Shown here one piece after another: positions 27,016 to 41,422 of a DNA stretch of 64,000 bases (positions are counted from its first letter, which is position 1; every line of letters begins with the position of its first letter). Under the pieces are notes generated by a model that was not told the DNA's origin, made no database searches, and saw only the letters and a list, made by a program, of their open reading frames with translations. Made by a program: the position numbers and the translations under genes. The DNA is from Eledone cirrhosa (Eukaryota), in assembly GCA_964016885.1 (NCBI GenBank), contig OZ024745.1:127720001-127784000 (forward strand), given 5' to 3'.

Positions 27016-27049
27016 TATATATATAATGTATATATATATATATAATGTA

Positions 27050-27224
27050 GAAATGGCTTCTACAGAACTAGAACTTTTTCGTTCGGGAGAAATCATCAGG
27101 AAGCCGACTGCCCAAGTGATATGGTGCTATTTATACCTTTTAAGGTGGTAGGAGAGCGTGGTGATTGGAATAGTGAAGGTCATTGGTTGATAGATTTAAA
27201 GAAAAGGGGGTTCTTTAAAACCTA

Positions 27225-27225
<1 letters not shown>
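27050..27225 (-). mobile_element. Family C-related pLTR fragment with HHR-like core
   Basis: Minus strand TTCCTGATGATTTCTCCCGAACGAAAAAGTTCTAGTTCTGTAGAA resembles 11672-11716. Confidence 0.6.
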
Positions 27226-27282
<57 letters not shown>

Positions 27283-27287
<5 letters not shown>

Positions 27288-27896
27288 TCTTTATCTCTCG
27301 CCTATGATTTCACAGAACTTAAGGTCATAGATATCACGGACTTGTCTCTTCTCTTCCTCTCTTTCCGTTGCTTTACCATCTCCGTTTGTTTACATGTCTC
27401 GCTCGCTTCACCCTAATTTACGTGTCCCAATAACTTTTTTTTAGTTATGGCTCGCACCAACCTGAGGTATAGCCAGTCACTCTCTCTCAGCTGGCCTCTT
27501 CCTCACACTTTCACTCACTCACTCTCTACTTCTCCCCCTCTCTCACTTCATCCCGTTTGACCTGCGTAAATTCCTTTTCTCGCTCAAATCTCACCCAGGT
27601 CGGATGGTCTTTATCTCTCGTCTATGATTTCACAGAACTTAAGTTCATAGATATCACGGACTTATCTCTCCTCTTCCTCTCTTTCCGTTGCATTACCATC
27701 TATGTTTGTTTACATCTCTCACTCGCTTCACCCTATTTTACGTGTCCCAATAACTTTCTTTAGTTATTGCTTGCACCAACCAAAGGTATATGATCTTTAA
27801 AGCGAAGAAATACCAATGAAGGCTGGAAGATCACTGATGAAGGACTAATTCTATTCATATATAACCCATTTGCAACCACGCAGCACGCCATTTTTC

Positions 27897-27900
<4 letters not shown>
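27283..27900 (+). mobile_element. Interspersed element family G between (TA)n tracts, with partial tandem duplication
   Basis: 27283-27470 repeats about 27604-27790; reverse-complement copy at 58262-58660; CTGATGA near the 3' end. Confidence 0.75.
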
Positions 27901-27956
<56 letters not shown>

Positions 27957-28004
27957 ATATAAGACAAAGTAATAGACACAGATATATACCTATTTTTTCT
28001 TCAA

Positions 28005-28099
28005 AGTCCCGACTGTACAGTTTCACTGGTCAGTTTGCACCAATTTTACATTATAGATGTGCAATATCGTTGTGAGGCACACCAGCTTTTCAAGGAACT
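28005..28099 (-). ncRNA. Type-I hammerhead ribozyme motif, U3-A8 core variant
   Basis: AGTTCC-TTGAAAA-GCTGGT..ACCAGT-GAA-ACTGTACAGT-C-GGGACT: 6-bp stems I and II, 10-nt palindromic stem III, GUC site. Confidence 0.8.
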
Positions 28100-28518
28100 C
28101 CTCAGGAAAAGAACGTTTTCCATACACGTTCGCAGCAAGTGAGAAAATCTCAAAGGCGGAGGGAGAAATTACCACGTGATACATCGGTCAAGAAAGGGGA
28201 CTTGGGAGAAATTAATACATGATACAGAGGTTACAGGTGGGTGGTAAGGTTGACTGAAAGCGGTTATAGTGTTTGCTTAAAAGAAGTTACAATACTTTCG
28301 GGTTAACTCGACCGTGAGGGAGTTTGAGACAATATCATAATGAGAGGCACACACATATATATGTGTATACATACATACGCACGTATATATATATTTTCAC
28401 AAGTATGTGAGTGTGTGCGGTGTCGACTTTAACCAGTTTTGCTCTATGACTACGAGAGACAAAATAATCGAAATAACTAAATTGACTCGATATCAGAGCT
28501 ATGCAACAAATTAAGAAG

Positions 28519-28566
<48 letters not shown>

Positions 28567-28651
28567 TGTACCTATTGTCTTGTTATTTCTGTTTACCTTT
28601 TACACACACACACACACTCACACACATGCATATATATATATATATAGTTAG

Positions 28652-28970
28652 GGAACATTAATCAGCATACACTGAGGATGAAAAACTCAGAGCTGTATGG
28701 GAGCCTCCAAAAAGTCAGCTCGAAAGTGACACAGAGGAGACTGAGGTTAGCTGAACATGCTCACCGACATCCAGAGTGACATTGCACTCAGTGTTCCTGT
28801 GGTAGCCCCTACATGGACACACTGGAAGAGGAAGACCAAGGTTAACGTATGTTGATGCCCCAAGGACAGACACTGGTCTGTTGGAGACGCAGGACATGGC
28901 AGCGATAATGAGGGACAGAGACCGCTGGAGAGAACTCGTCCATGGATCTCGGGAATTTTACCCGCCTTAG
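28652..28970 (+). mobile_element. RTE LINE 3' fragment, same family as 2248-2622
   Basis: High nucleotide similarity to the reverse complement of 2263-2580; stop codon and frameshift present. Confidence 0.88.
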
Positions 28971-29004
28971 AATAGTCAGGGAAGCAGGAAATTGCTTATT
29001 GTAA

Positions 29005-29396
29005 TCCAGTTCGACATAATTCCACAGGTCTGTCACCCCTGGGCACTGAACAATTGCGTGCAGAACGGTTTCGATGTCCTGCTCGCATCTTGGACAGGTC
29101 CTTTTGGCAGGATCTCTGCAAAGGCGTTTGTGCCTGTAGATTTTGTCTCGAACTGGTAGAGCTCCTCGGTAGCACTGCCAGGCCAGAGACCTCTGGAATT
29201 TATCCATAGGCCCTGGACGGAAAGTCCTCCCGAACAGACTGGTCAGTTCGTTCTCCTCGATGCCTAGAGTTTTCCCGAGAACGTCGTCGCACTTATCCTC
29301 CACTAATCCCCTATAGAATGTCGAGGTGGAGTCTCCGCTGATTGCCGTCTCCGCTTCGTAGAGGGCTGTGAGCGCCTGAAGGCATTCGAGGTGCCA
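29005..29396 (-). mobile_element. L1/Tx1-clade LINE ORF2 fragment with zf-RVT zinc knuckle
   Basis: LAWQCYRGALPVRDKI..TCPRCEQDIETVLHAIVQCPGVTDLWNYVE (CxxC-ETxxH-C). Confidence 0.85.
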
Positions 29397-29480
29397 ATAG
29401 ATAGATGAATAGATACGTAGATAGATAGCATAGCATAGCATAGCATAGCATAGCATAGATAGATAGATAGATGTATAGAT

Positions 29481-30140
29481 ATATTTCTTTATTTGCCACA
29501 AGGGCGCACAAGAAAAGGGGACAATACAAAGACTTATGGCGGGGATTTTACATAGAGTCGTGTAAAAAAAGTTTTAACATGAAAATATAACAATCGAAAT
29601 CCTTAATAGGGAAGAAGTGTTACAAATTGGTTGTTTTATACCCCATAGATATGTTTCTTTATTAGCCACAGGGGCACAAAAGAAGGGGACAAATACAAAG
29701 GGGGAAGTTTACATACAATAAAAACGTGTAAAATATTATCACAAATGTAATTTAAAAGTTAATCGATTTTCCCCAATAGGGGAGACATTTCACATGGGTA
29801 ACACATACCCCCGAAAAAAATGTGCAACCCTCATCTCCAGGAGTACGAAGTGTTTGTACCCCTTTCCTCTCTTCCTCCTTTTTCTCAACCTACAGGCTGA
29901 TATAGAGAGAAGGCCCATTCACCCGGGCCATCCTCGCCACTTTCACCCACCTTTCATAAAACTTGCTGGGGTACAGCACCTCTCTTTCCATCCTGATTCT
30001 TCTTCCAAAGTGGTATTTGAAAAAAAAGAATCAGTTGTTGGCCAGAGAGAAAGGTGTCTGATCTCAGCCCTTTTAACCTCGTCCACCATACAACATCTTT
30101 CGCCATAGCTATCACACAAAGGAAAACCGCCTCTTCTTGT
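29481..30140 (-). mobile_element. Two tandem 3' ends of the same Tx1-like LINE
   Basis: TTTCTTTATT(T/A)GCCAC..GGGGACAA 3'-UTR at 29483 and 29654, each next to GATA-type sequence; 29790-30140 paralogous to 30330-30660. Confidence 0.8.
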
Positions 30141-30189
30141 AGTTAGATAGTTAGACACACAGGGAGTTAGATAGATAGATAGATAGATA

Positions 30190-31125
30190 AGTTTCTATTT
30201 ATTTGCCACGAGGGCATAAAAGAAGGGGACAAATACAAATGGAGAATTTACATACAGGTATATGAAAATAAAACTATTAATAAAATAACAAATAACAATT
30301 GATATCCCCAATAGGGGGGAGGCGTTACACAGGGGTTGTACACACCCCGAAAAAATGTACAACCCTCATCTCCAGGAGCACCAAGAGTGAGTACTCCCTT
30401 CCTCTTTTTCCTCAAGCTACAGGCTTATATAGAGAGAAGGCCCAACCACTCGGGCCATCTTTGCTACATTCACCTGCCTTTTATAAAATTTGCTGGGGTA
30501 CAGCACCTCTCTCGCTATCCTGATTCTTCTTCCAAAATGATATTTGAAAAAACGAATCAGTTGCTCGCCGGAGAGAAAGGTGTCTGACCTCAGCCCTTTT
30601 AACCTCTTTCACCATAGCCATAACACATAGGAAAACCGTCTCTCCCTCGTTTTTGAAGAGGGGGTGGTGGTTTGATCATGACAATGGACTCGATGGTCGA
30701 CTGGATTGGTCCCACCCGCGACAATAGTCGTTCTACATAGCCCCACAGGCCGGTAACGCCCGCGCAGTGTACAAATGCGTGCACGATGCTTTCCTCGTCG
30801 CGCACGCATCTCGGAGAGGATCTTTTTCGAAGGGTGCCTACCCGGGCGCCCGTGTCTGTAGAGCTTTTCTCGAACTGGTAGAGCTCCTCGGTAGCACTGC
30901 CAGGCCAGGGACTTTTGGAAGTTGTCCATTGGTCCCGGGCGGATGGTCCTACCGAACAGACTGGCCAGTTCGTCCTCCTCTACGCCTAGAGTTTCTCCGA
31001 GCGTGTCGTCGCACTTGCTGTAGACCAACCCTCTATAGAATGTCGAAGTGGAGTCTCTACTGATCGCCGGGTCCGTTTGCCAGAGGACTGTGAGCGCCTG
31101 AGCACATTCGATGTGCCAGTCGCAA
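30190..31125 (-). mobile_element. Tx1-like LINE, 5'-truncated and frameshifted, between (GATA)n tracts
   Basis: WHIECAQAL..LAWQCYRGALPVREKL then frameshift to RDEESIVHAFVHCAGVTGLWGYVE; 3'-UTR to 30190. Confidence 0.88.
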
Positions 31126-31499
31126 ATAGCTAGATAGCTAGATAGAAAGATAGATAGACAGACAGACAGGCAGACAAACAGATAGATAGAGAGTTGGAGG
31201 TTTTTAGATGGGGAAAAGATTGAAAGAGTAGAAGAGGAATTTATAAATAGATAGTCGACCAAAAAGAAAGAAAAAAAGAAAAACAACAGAAAGAGGTTAA
31301 TGACAACTACGCAGGGGCGAAAATCTAGTCTTCTAAAGTTAGTCATGGTAATTAGTTATGTGTATGTTGGTTGTTGTTCCGTCTGTGATATTATCGCCTT
31401 CACATTCTAGCGCTCTTACTACATGCCAGCGAGGGAGTCTTGGCATGGCGGCTTGATCTACTAAATATGACACCCAAATCTCCCTCCCGAGATATATGG

Positions 31500-32748
31500 G
31501 TTTGTGTCTGTGTGTTAGTATGTTTGTGTGCGTTTGTGTGTTAGTGTGTGTTTGTGTGTTAGTGTGTGTTTGTGTTAGTGTGTATATGTTTGTGTGCTTG
31601 TCTGTGAGTTAGTGTGTGTGTGTGTGTGTTTGTGTATGTGTGTGTGTGTGTGTGCCTGTCTGTGTGTTAGTGTGTGTGTCTGTATGTTTGGGTGTCTGTG
31701 TGTCTATGTATTTGTGCGTTTGTGTCTGTGTGTTTGTGTGTCTGTATGTTTGTGTCTATGTGCCTATGTGTCTGTGTATTTGGCTGTCTGTGTATTTGTG
31801 TGTTAGTGTGTTTGTGTGTGTTTGTGTGCCAGTGTGGCTGTGTGCCAGTGTGCAAGTGTGCCTGTGTGCCAGTGTGCCAGTGTGCCAGTGTACCAGTGTG
31901 CCTGTGTGTCTGTGTGCCAGTGTGCCAGTGTACCAGTGTGCCTGTGTATCAGTGTGCCTGTGTGTCTGTGTGCCAGTGTGCCTGTGTGTCTGTGTGTCAG
32001 TGTGTCTGTGTGCCTGTGTGTCTGTGTGCCTGTGTGTCTGTGTGTCTGTGTACCAGTGTGCCAGTGTGCCAGTGTGCCTGTGTGTCTGTGTGCCAGTGTG
32101 TCTGTGTGTCTCTGTGCCAGTGTGCCTGTGTGCCAGTGTACCAGTGTGCCTGTGTGTCTGTGTGTCTGTGTGCCAGTGTGCCAGTGTGCCAGTGTGCCTG
32201 TGTGTCTGTGTGCCTGTGTGTCTGTGTGTCTGTGTGCCAGTGTGCCAGTGTGCCAGTGTGTCTGTGTCTCTGTGCCAGTGTGCCTGTGTGTCTGTGTGCC
32301 AGTGTGCCTGTGTGTCTGTGTGCCAGTGTGTCTGTGTGCCTGCGTGTCTGTGTGCCAGTGTGCCAGTGTGCCAGTGTGCCTGTGTGTCTGTGTGCCAGTG
32401 TGTCTGTGTGCCTGCGTGTCTGTGTACCAGTGTGCCAGTGTGCCAGTGTGCCTGTGTGTCTGTGTGCCAGTGTGCCTGTGTGTCTGTGTGCCAGTGTGTC
32501 TGTGTGCCTGCGTGTCTGTGTGCCAGTGTGCCTGTGTGTCTGTGTGCCAGTGTGCCAGTGTGCCAGTGTGCCAGTGTGCCTGTGTGCCAGTGTGCCTGTG
32601 TGTCTGTGTGCCAGTGTTTCTGTGTGTCTGTGTGCCAGTGTGTCAGTGTGCCAGTGTGCCAGTGTGCCTGTGTGTCTGTGTGCCAGTGTGCCAGTGTGCC
32701 AGTGTGCCAGTGTCTGTGTGTCTGTGTGCCAGTGTGCCTGTGTGTCTG
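31500..32748. repeat. (TG)n grading into an octamer satellite GTGTGCCA/GTGTGCCT/GTGTGTCT
   Basis: Direct reading. Confidence 0.95.
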
Positions 32749-32888
32749 GCAAGTTCCTCCCACCAAATACCATGATAGACTTATTTGTGTTTACAACAAA
32801 TTTTGACCAATCCTCTCAACAACTACAATCTTCCCATATAAGGAAGTACCCCTTGACAAGTTTATTTACCAGGCTAAAGATTCTAATT

Positions 32889-33029
32889 TAGTCCAGAAAT
32901 AGCCTTCGAAACAACTTGAGCTCTGCCGTCGGGGTCATACTTTTTCCTATTACCCACTCTACTACCCTAAGTATTGAGTACTCTGGTGCGTTATGGTCCA
33001 TCTGGTTCCTTACCACAATTCCTTCGTTA
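32889..33029 (+). mobile_element. Family A' element, single arm
   Basis: Starts at the hairpin loop (TAGTCCAGAAATAGCC) and ends at (TA)n. Confidence 0.85.
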
Positions 33030-33033
33030 TATA

Positions 33034-33086
<53 letters not shown>

Positions 33087-33194
33087 ATGTATGTATGTAT
33101 GTATGTATGTATGTATGTATGTATGTATGTATATATATATATATATATATTCATATACATACACATACATAAATACATATATATATATATATAT

Positions 33195-33466
33195 GCAAAA
33201 GTTTTATTTAAAATTGTTGGGTTACAACAAGTAAATATTTTATAACTGATATAAAGCACTCGACATGTTTTGGAGTAGATATACCAAACCACCTTCCTAC
33301 ATAACGGTTGCTCAATATTTATGGTACGTCAAAATTATTTATAAAACTGTTTATATATTGTATTTTATCTGAAGAAGGCATGCCATATTTTTAATATGGT
33401 ATCCCCGAAATATGTATAATGAAATAAATATGGTTTTATAAATATAGTTTCCATTTGTTTAATATC

Positions 33467-33468
<2 letters not shown>
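33195..33468. mobile_element. Family H pLTR fragment: inverted tail plus HHR motif (33362-33425, +)
   Basis: ATTTTAT-CTGAAGA..GAA-ATATGTAT-A-ATGAAAT; related to 38070-38550 and 57690-57905. Confidence 0.7.
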
Positions 33469-33512
<44 letters not shown>

Positions 33513-33868
33513 CTCAGACAAAAAAGCTGAAGACATTCCGCTTCTATTGGATTTATTCATGAAGTCGAGTTTTTCACATGAAAAACTGCACATCAAATCA
33601 TAATGCCTGCAGATAATATCTTTTTTTCTTTGCACACAAGGATAAGGACACAAAATTACTTATATTCATATTGATATTATTGATTAAAAATATATATCGG
33701 CGAATCCTATTATGTGTATAATACTTAAGCAAATTCATTTGTCGTGCTTGTAAATCTTCAGTTTCGTTGTGTGACATAAACTCATAAACTGGAATACACT
33801 ATGATAGTAATCGGCTGTTATGTCTATTATCTTGCCTTGCCTCTCATTACGAATAAATACATACATAC

Positions 33869-33907
<39 letters not shown>

Positions 33908-34263
33908 GTATTTATACTGAAAACTATATATGAGAGCGTTCGTCACTCATTTCCATTATATAGTTTTTCACAAAGTTTATAGATATAAATATAAGCACGC
34001 AAATGTACACCTTCCCCTACTCACCTCTTTAAACCACACCGTACCGTAGCAAAACACACCACACCTTAAGTAGAAGTACGCTTGTAGATATATCCATTAA
34101 TTCACAAATACAAAAGCAGCGTATAAAGTGAATATGTATGTATGTATGTATGTGTGTATGTATGTATGTATGTATGTATGTATGTATATTATGTGTGTAT
34201 GTATATTATGTGTATATATATATGTGTATGTATGTCAATGTATGTCTGTTTCTCTCACTTTCT

Positions 34264-34297
<34 letters not shown>

Positions 34298-35564
34298 AGA
34301 TATATTCACACACTCACACTCAAACACTCACACTCAAACACACACACACACATATATTTATATTTATATATCGAGAAAGAGAGATTAGTATATCCATATC
34401 TTATTATGTACCAACCTAACCACTTCTCATATATATATATATATATAAATATGTATATATATATACATATATATACGCATGCTTACATGTATGTGTGTGT
34501 GGTATTCTTCTTCTATGTGTATGTGTAAGTGCAGGTGTGTGCTGGTTATAATAAGTTAATACATTTCAATGGAGGTTAAAAGAAAAGGACATAACATAAT
34601 AAAACCTGATATAATTGTCATATCTTCTGAATTTATAACAAAGATCAATTTTCAGGAGGATAAATGTACCTTAAACATTGACGCTCTTACGTCACTCATG
34701 TAGTATGAGTCACGAATTAGGCACTTGATATTCTGAACAAGTTAAAAGAATCAAGTAACTGGTATAGGAAAATAACTAAACCTAACTTCAAAGAGAAAGA
34801 CAAGAAAATATGTATCGCTAACTCCCGGGTGAATTTCAGGTGATGACAATGACCTTTTACTCTACAACAATACTTTTCTGTATTCTTAGTTTCTTTTGTT
34901 TTCCTACAACTTAAAAAAAAAAGTAATATTGATTTATTTAAAATAATTCTAAGCTGAATCTTTGTAGTGCACAGATATAGTCGATTGAATATATCTGTGT
35001 ATTATTGAAACTTATTGTAGCATCGGCTTCGTTTGAATACAAGACAGAATCGATTCTGATGGTATTGAACTGAAAACGTAGAAGAACGTGATCAAAAGAT
35101 CTTTGGAACTTTGTCAATACCTTTCCACTGATTATCAAAATTTGCTCAGTTTTTAATGTTAAAAAAGAAGTTTTTAACGATGCTTCAAGGCCACATATTT
35201 GTAAAGTACATATAAGTACATATATAGTAGTTGGAAGTTATTCTAGTAGATCACCTCTGAAGATATGGAGATATGAATGGCAGACCAGTGATATCTTATT
35301 TGAATTGAGATCATTTTTTTCCTGAGCTATCACATGGAGAACAATTCCTGGCGACCTTGTTGACAAACACCATAAACGTGTCTGTAGTTTTTGTGAGAAA
35401 ATACGAAGATAGTTTCCCGTTGTCCTCTTTCAATGATTTTCTTTTAATAAGATACTATATTATCAGCTAGGCATAGATAGATATGTGTGTCATACTTGTC
35501 TGTGCATGCAAAAGAAATACCAACAAGCAGTTATTCAAGCGCTGTAACAATTCCTCCAATCCAC

Positions 35565-35738
35565 AATCGGTAGAAGTTCGACGCCATGTTATGCAGCATA
35601 GAGTTACGGCCCTTTACGGTCTGAGTTCAAATCCCGCCGAAGTTCATTTTATCTTTCATCTTACGGGGTCGTTAAAATAAAGCACCAGTAATGCACTGGC
35701 GTAATTGCTGGCCTTGTGCCGAAAGTAGAAACAATTAT
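35565..35738 (+). mobile_element. SINE family A
   Basis: Family match. Confidence 0.88.
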
Positions 35739-37125
35739 TTTATTGATCACGCAACGAAGAAAGGTAGTTAAACTCAGAACGGTGGGATTTAAACACAGAA
35801 CCTCAACAACAGAAAGAGCTAGGCATCTGTCTGCCGTTCTAGCGATTCTGCCAATTCAGAAGAAAGAGGAGATACAACTAAACATTCCATGACATCTAAT
35901 CCAGTATTCCACGGTTTCTTTTCCACCACTTCATTCTTTCAAAAGTTCAGAACTCGTTCAATAGGACATAGGGGCAATCTTTTTTTCTTTCTACTAGAGG
36001 GGTAGTTATAATAATTTGATTACATGAAAGTAAAATGTTCCAGTCAGGGAAATTGTGGCAGCTGCGGTCTTGTTTGATCAAAGAGTTTTTTCCTTGCCTA
36101 CTTCACCAAAAATATTGATTTCTTTTGAATAAGCACAAGTACGGTAGATGTATATTTGATCAAATTGAACTTCTGTTCAAAGGAAAGGTTTAGTGTGAAC
36201 GGACTTCTAATGCTACCTATATTTTTCCAACTCCGTCAACTTTAGTGTGTCTATCGGCTATGATATATTTTATTTTATTTTAATTTCACACCATTAAATT
36301 GACCTATTGTCAACTCCTAACACATACGCACACACACACGCACGCACACACACACATACACACACACACAAACAGACACACATACACACATACACACACA
36401 TATACTCAAATAGAGACACACACATCCTCAAATAGAGACACACACATCCTCAAACAAACACACACACATACATACAGGCACTCACATACACACTCATATC
36501 CCCCTCAAACAGACACATGCATTTATGCAGAGCAATATTCTCATGCTGACATTTCTAAGCAGTTTCACAGAACCGTGGTGTTATGATTGGTGAGGCCACG
36601 GTGAAGACAGTGCTTTGTTAATCCATTCTGAGTCCATAGCTGATTCCGAAAGCGAGAAAGCAAGGCAGAGAGAAAGAGAAGGAGGGAGGAGAAACGACCT
36701 CAATATTTGACTCATATTTTATTTATCAACTCCGAGGAGTTGTTAGGCAAAGTTAAACTCGAACTAACCCCACATGACACACTATTCAGCGCTGAAACGG
36801 CTCTACAAACGGGCAACATTTCAGCTCCGATTACACCACTAAACGTTAGACCATCAACTACAAACCCCAAGTCTAGGAGGGCTTGCAAAGGACATAGGCA
36901 GTGCTCCTATTCTCCCTCTAATTTAACTTATTAGAGAAGCTTCCCTCACACGCAACCACAATAGACATCCAAACGAATGAACGAAGGATTCTTGAGGTGT
37001 TCAATTGATCTTTGAGAAATATCAGCCAAATCTCCCCACATTACACACAAATGTTTTTTTTTCCAAACACCATATTGGATAAAGTAGATTTATCTATCTA
37101 TATATATATATATCTAAAGATCTCA

Positions 37126-38051
<926 letters not shown>

Positions 38052-38069
38052 CACACATATATATATATA

Positions 38070-38550
38070 AATAGAAGGGGTATTTAATTTGTTGGAAGTC
38101 TGACAAATATAAATGTTTATAACTAATTTAGAGCACTCAATAGTTTCCTGGAGTAAATATTCAATATTTAACTTAGAATATATTTCCCTCAAATTAACGT
38201 TATATGAGTTTTTATTCATCTTCCCTTTTTCTTTCTTCTCTCTCTCACTATTTTGTCCTTCTCCTCTTCTCTCTTGTCTCTCTCTCCATAATCGTTTAAA
38301 TAAACGGTTGTTTTTCAATTATTTAAATATTCATCCATAAGTTTGAAAAATTCCTAATACATTTCCACTATCCAGAGAATATCCAACCAATAAGGTATGA
38401 TTTTCATGGGTATGTCTCTATTTATAAAACAAACTTTGTATTTTATCTGAGGAAAGCGTACCAATGTGTTTTGGTACCCTTGAAATATATATAATAAAAT
38501 AAATATGGTTTTAAAAATATAGTTTCCATTTATTTTATATCATTGTATAT
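38070..38550. mobile_element. Family H pLTR fragment between (TA)n tracts
   Basis: Inverted tail with GAGCACTCAATA (38131-38142) and forward HHR. Confidence 0.7.
38440..38500 (+). ncRNA. Minimal type-I hammerhead ribozyme motif
   Basis: ATTTTAT-CTGAGGA-AAGCGTACCA ATGTGTTT TGGTACCCTT-GAA-ATATATAT-A-ATAAAAT. Confidence 0.78.
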
Positions 38551-38564
38551 ACATATATATATAT

Positions 38565-38658
<94 letters not shown>

Positions 38659-38863
38659 TATACATATATAAACATATATATACATATATATACATATATA
38701 TATACATATATATATATACATATATATATACATATATATATATATACATACACATATATATATACATATATATACATATATATATATATACATATATATA
38801 TATACATATATATACATATATATATATATATACATATATATATACATATATATATATACACAC

Positions 38864-38914
<51 letters not shown>

Positions 38915-38938
38915 TATATATATATATATATACATCAG

Positions 38939-38989
<51 letters not shown>

Positions 38990-39059
38990 TATAAGCCGTT
39001 TGATTATGGGTTGAACCTTTTTCATTACATATCCTTCCATTTAGGGTTGACTGGCTTAA

Positions 39060-39107
<48 letters not shown>

Positions 39108-39708
39108 TAACAACCCAAGAAACAATCAAGAAAAATGAAACAAAAACAAAATAGCTACTTAGCTTGATAAGATTTTACGAGAAAACTGCATCTTTTTCGC
39201 TCATGCGGAAAAACCTGTCTCAGTCCATTGCACTGTGGTACAAAATCGTTGACCGACCCGTATCTGGTAATCTCTTGTAGAATGGACACATGCAGACACA
39301 GGTGGTGGTGGTGGTGGTGGTGGTGGTGGTGGTGGTCGTCGTTGTCTAGGAGGTGATGGAGGTGGCGGTGGTGGTGGTGGTGATGGTAGTGGTGGTAGTA
39401 GTGCTGATTGTGCTGGTAGTGGTGGTGTTGGTGGTGGTGTGTTTGTGGTTGTGGTGGAGGTGGTGGTAGTGGTAGACTATTCTTATTTTTATTTTTTATT
39501 CTAGTGTATCTTATTTTATTTTTATTTTATTTTTTTTATTTTATTTTATTTTAAAAAAAAACCTTTTTTATAATTATTATTTTTTTATTTTATTTTATTT
39601 TTATTTTATTTTTATTTTATTTTATTAATACATTTTTACACTTCTTAATCCAATTTTTAGTATTCAAACTCAATATTAAATAATATACCCAGTTTCTTTA
39701 TTCTAGAC

Positions 39709-39897
39709 ATAATTGTTTCTACTTTAGGCACAAGGCCAGCAATTAACCAGTGCATTACTGGTACTTTATTTTATCGACCCCGTAAGGATGAAAGGCAAAG
39801 TAAACCTCGGCGGGATTTGAACTCAGACCGTAAAGGGACGTAACTATGCTGGAAAGCATGGCGTCCGACTCTCTACCGATATTGCCAATCCACCGCC
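39709..39897 (-). mobile_element. SINE family A
   Basis: Full length; flanking AGACATA repeats. Confidence 0.92.
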
Positions 39898-40363
39898 ACA
39901 GACATATAATATTTGTATATTAGCACATTCACCTCATCAATTTATTTATATATGTAATTATATTTCTATTTATTTTTATTATAATATTTTTATTATTATT
40001 ATGTTTTTTTAGTCGTTATTCATAGATGTCTTTTCATATTTGACAGCGTTCCCGATCAAAAGTATCTCTCTCTCTCTCTTTCTCTTTCTCTTTCCTCCTT
40101 CTTTCTTTCTTTCTTTCTTCCTCTCTTCTATTTCTTTTTTCCTTTTTCCTTCTTTCCTTTTCTTCATTTTTCCTATTTTTTCTCTTCTCTTATATTTTGT
40201 CATATGTTGACTGGACACTTTCTTGTTCACAGGTGTTTTAAGGCCTCATATCATCTTACCTTATTTTATCTGATGAGAACACAATTTTGTCCCAGGATGA
40301 TGTTGTTTTCGAAATGCGCATAATAAAATGTACGGAACTTTTTTAACCATCTTTTAATTTCTT

Positions 40364-40440
<77 letters not shown>

Positions 40441-40441
<1 letters not shown>

Positions 40442-40574
40442 CGGCGATGAATTTGTTTTGCAAGGCTTTTGATATGAAATCGTGTGTTGAAACAAATATT
40501 GTTATACTTGGGGAGGGTCATATTGTGGTACATATGTTGTACATCTGGACAACAATATGACCCTCCCCAAGTAT

Positions 40575-40610
<36 letters not shown>

Positions 40611-40650
40611 ATACTTGGGGAGGGTCATATTGTTGTACATGTATATTGTT
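40441..40650. mobile_element. Family B-related tail, present three times in alternating orientation
   Basis: ATATTGTTATACTTGGGGAGGGTCATATTGT forward at 40496, reverse at about 40551-40581, forward again at about 40603. Confidence 0.75.
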
Positions 40651-40789
40651 GTATATATATATTAGTTGTGACTAATCAAGGGCTGTTATTTACAAGGAAA
40701 CACATACACATATCTATTTTGGCTGCATCACATTAAATATTAAAGTCTTTAGTTTACTGTATCATGATCGTCCTTTTAAACCAGATGGC

Positions 40790-40915
40790 AGTCATAAGTT
40801 AACTCGAGACTAACGTAGAAGACACGTGTCTTAAGTGCCATGTAGTGGGATTGAACCGAGAACCACGTGGCTGTGAAGCGATCTCCTTGATTATCCAGCC
40901 ATATCTGTAAACCGC
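40790..40915 (-). mobile_element. Degenerate tRNA-derived SINE (different family)
   Basis: Minus strand GGTTCTCGGTTCAATCCCACTACATGGCAC..GTGTCTTCTAC; a further decayed relative at about 42850-42985. Confidence 0.55.
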
Positions 40916-40916
40916 T

Positions 40917-40950
<34 letters not shown>

Positions 40951-41033
40951 ATGTGTGCGTTAGCACATGTACAGAAAGAAAGACACACACATATATATAT
41001 ATATATGCACACACACATATATATATAATATAA

Positions 41034-41422
41034 ATAATTGTTTCTACTTTTGGCACAAGGCCAGCAATGATCCAGCGCATTACTGGTGTTTTATTTTTAG
41101 CGACCCGGTAAAGATGGCTTCTTATATAGGCACAAGGCCAGCAATTTTGGGGGAAGGTAAAGTCGATTAAATCGATCCCAGTGTGTGACTATTACTTTAT
41201 TTTATCGACCCTGTAAAGATGAAAGGCAAAGTTAACATCGGCGGGATTTGAACTCAGATCGTAAAGGGCCGTAACTCTAGGCTAATCCACCGCCCTTATC
41301 GACCCGGTAAGGATGAAAGACGAAGTTAATCTCGGCGGCATTTGAACTCAGATCGTAAAGGGACGTAACTCTATACTGCAAAGCATGGTGTCCGACCCTC
41401 TACCGATACTACCAAGCCATCG
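41034..41422 (-). mobile_element. Nested cluster of three partial SINE family A copies
   Basis: Repeated tail and core segments at about 41034, 41115 and 41297. Confidence 0.85.

Noticed and set aside
31616-32891. 250-405 aa Cys/Val-rich or His/Thr-rich ORFs (metallothionein- or structural-protein-like)
   Set aside because: Open in at least five frames because of the octamer satellite; no unique coding flanks
34938-35460. Possible ancient LINE RT remnant on - strand (NGKLSSYF..GVCQQG across frames)
   Set aside because: Needs multiple frameshifts and motifs are too degenerate to call without an HMM search
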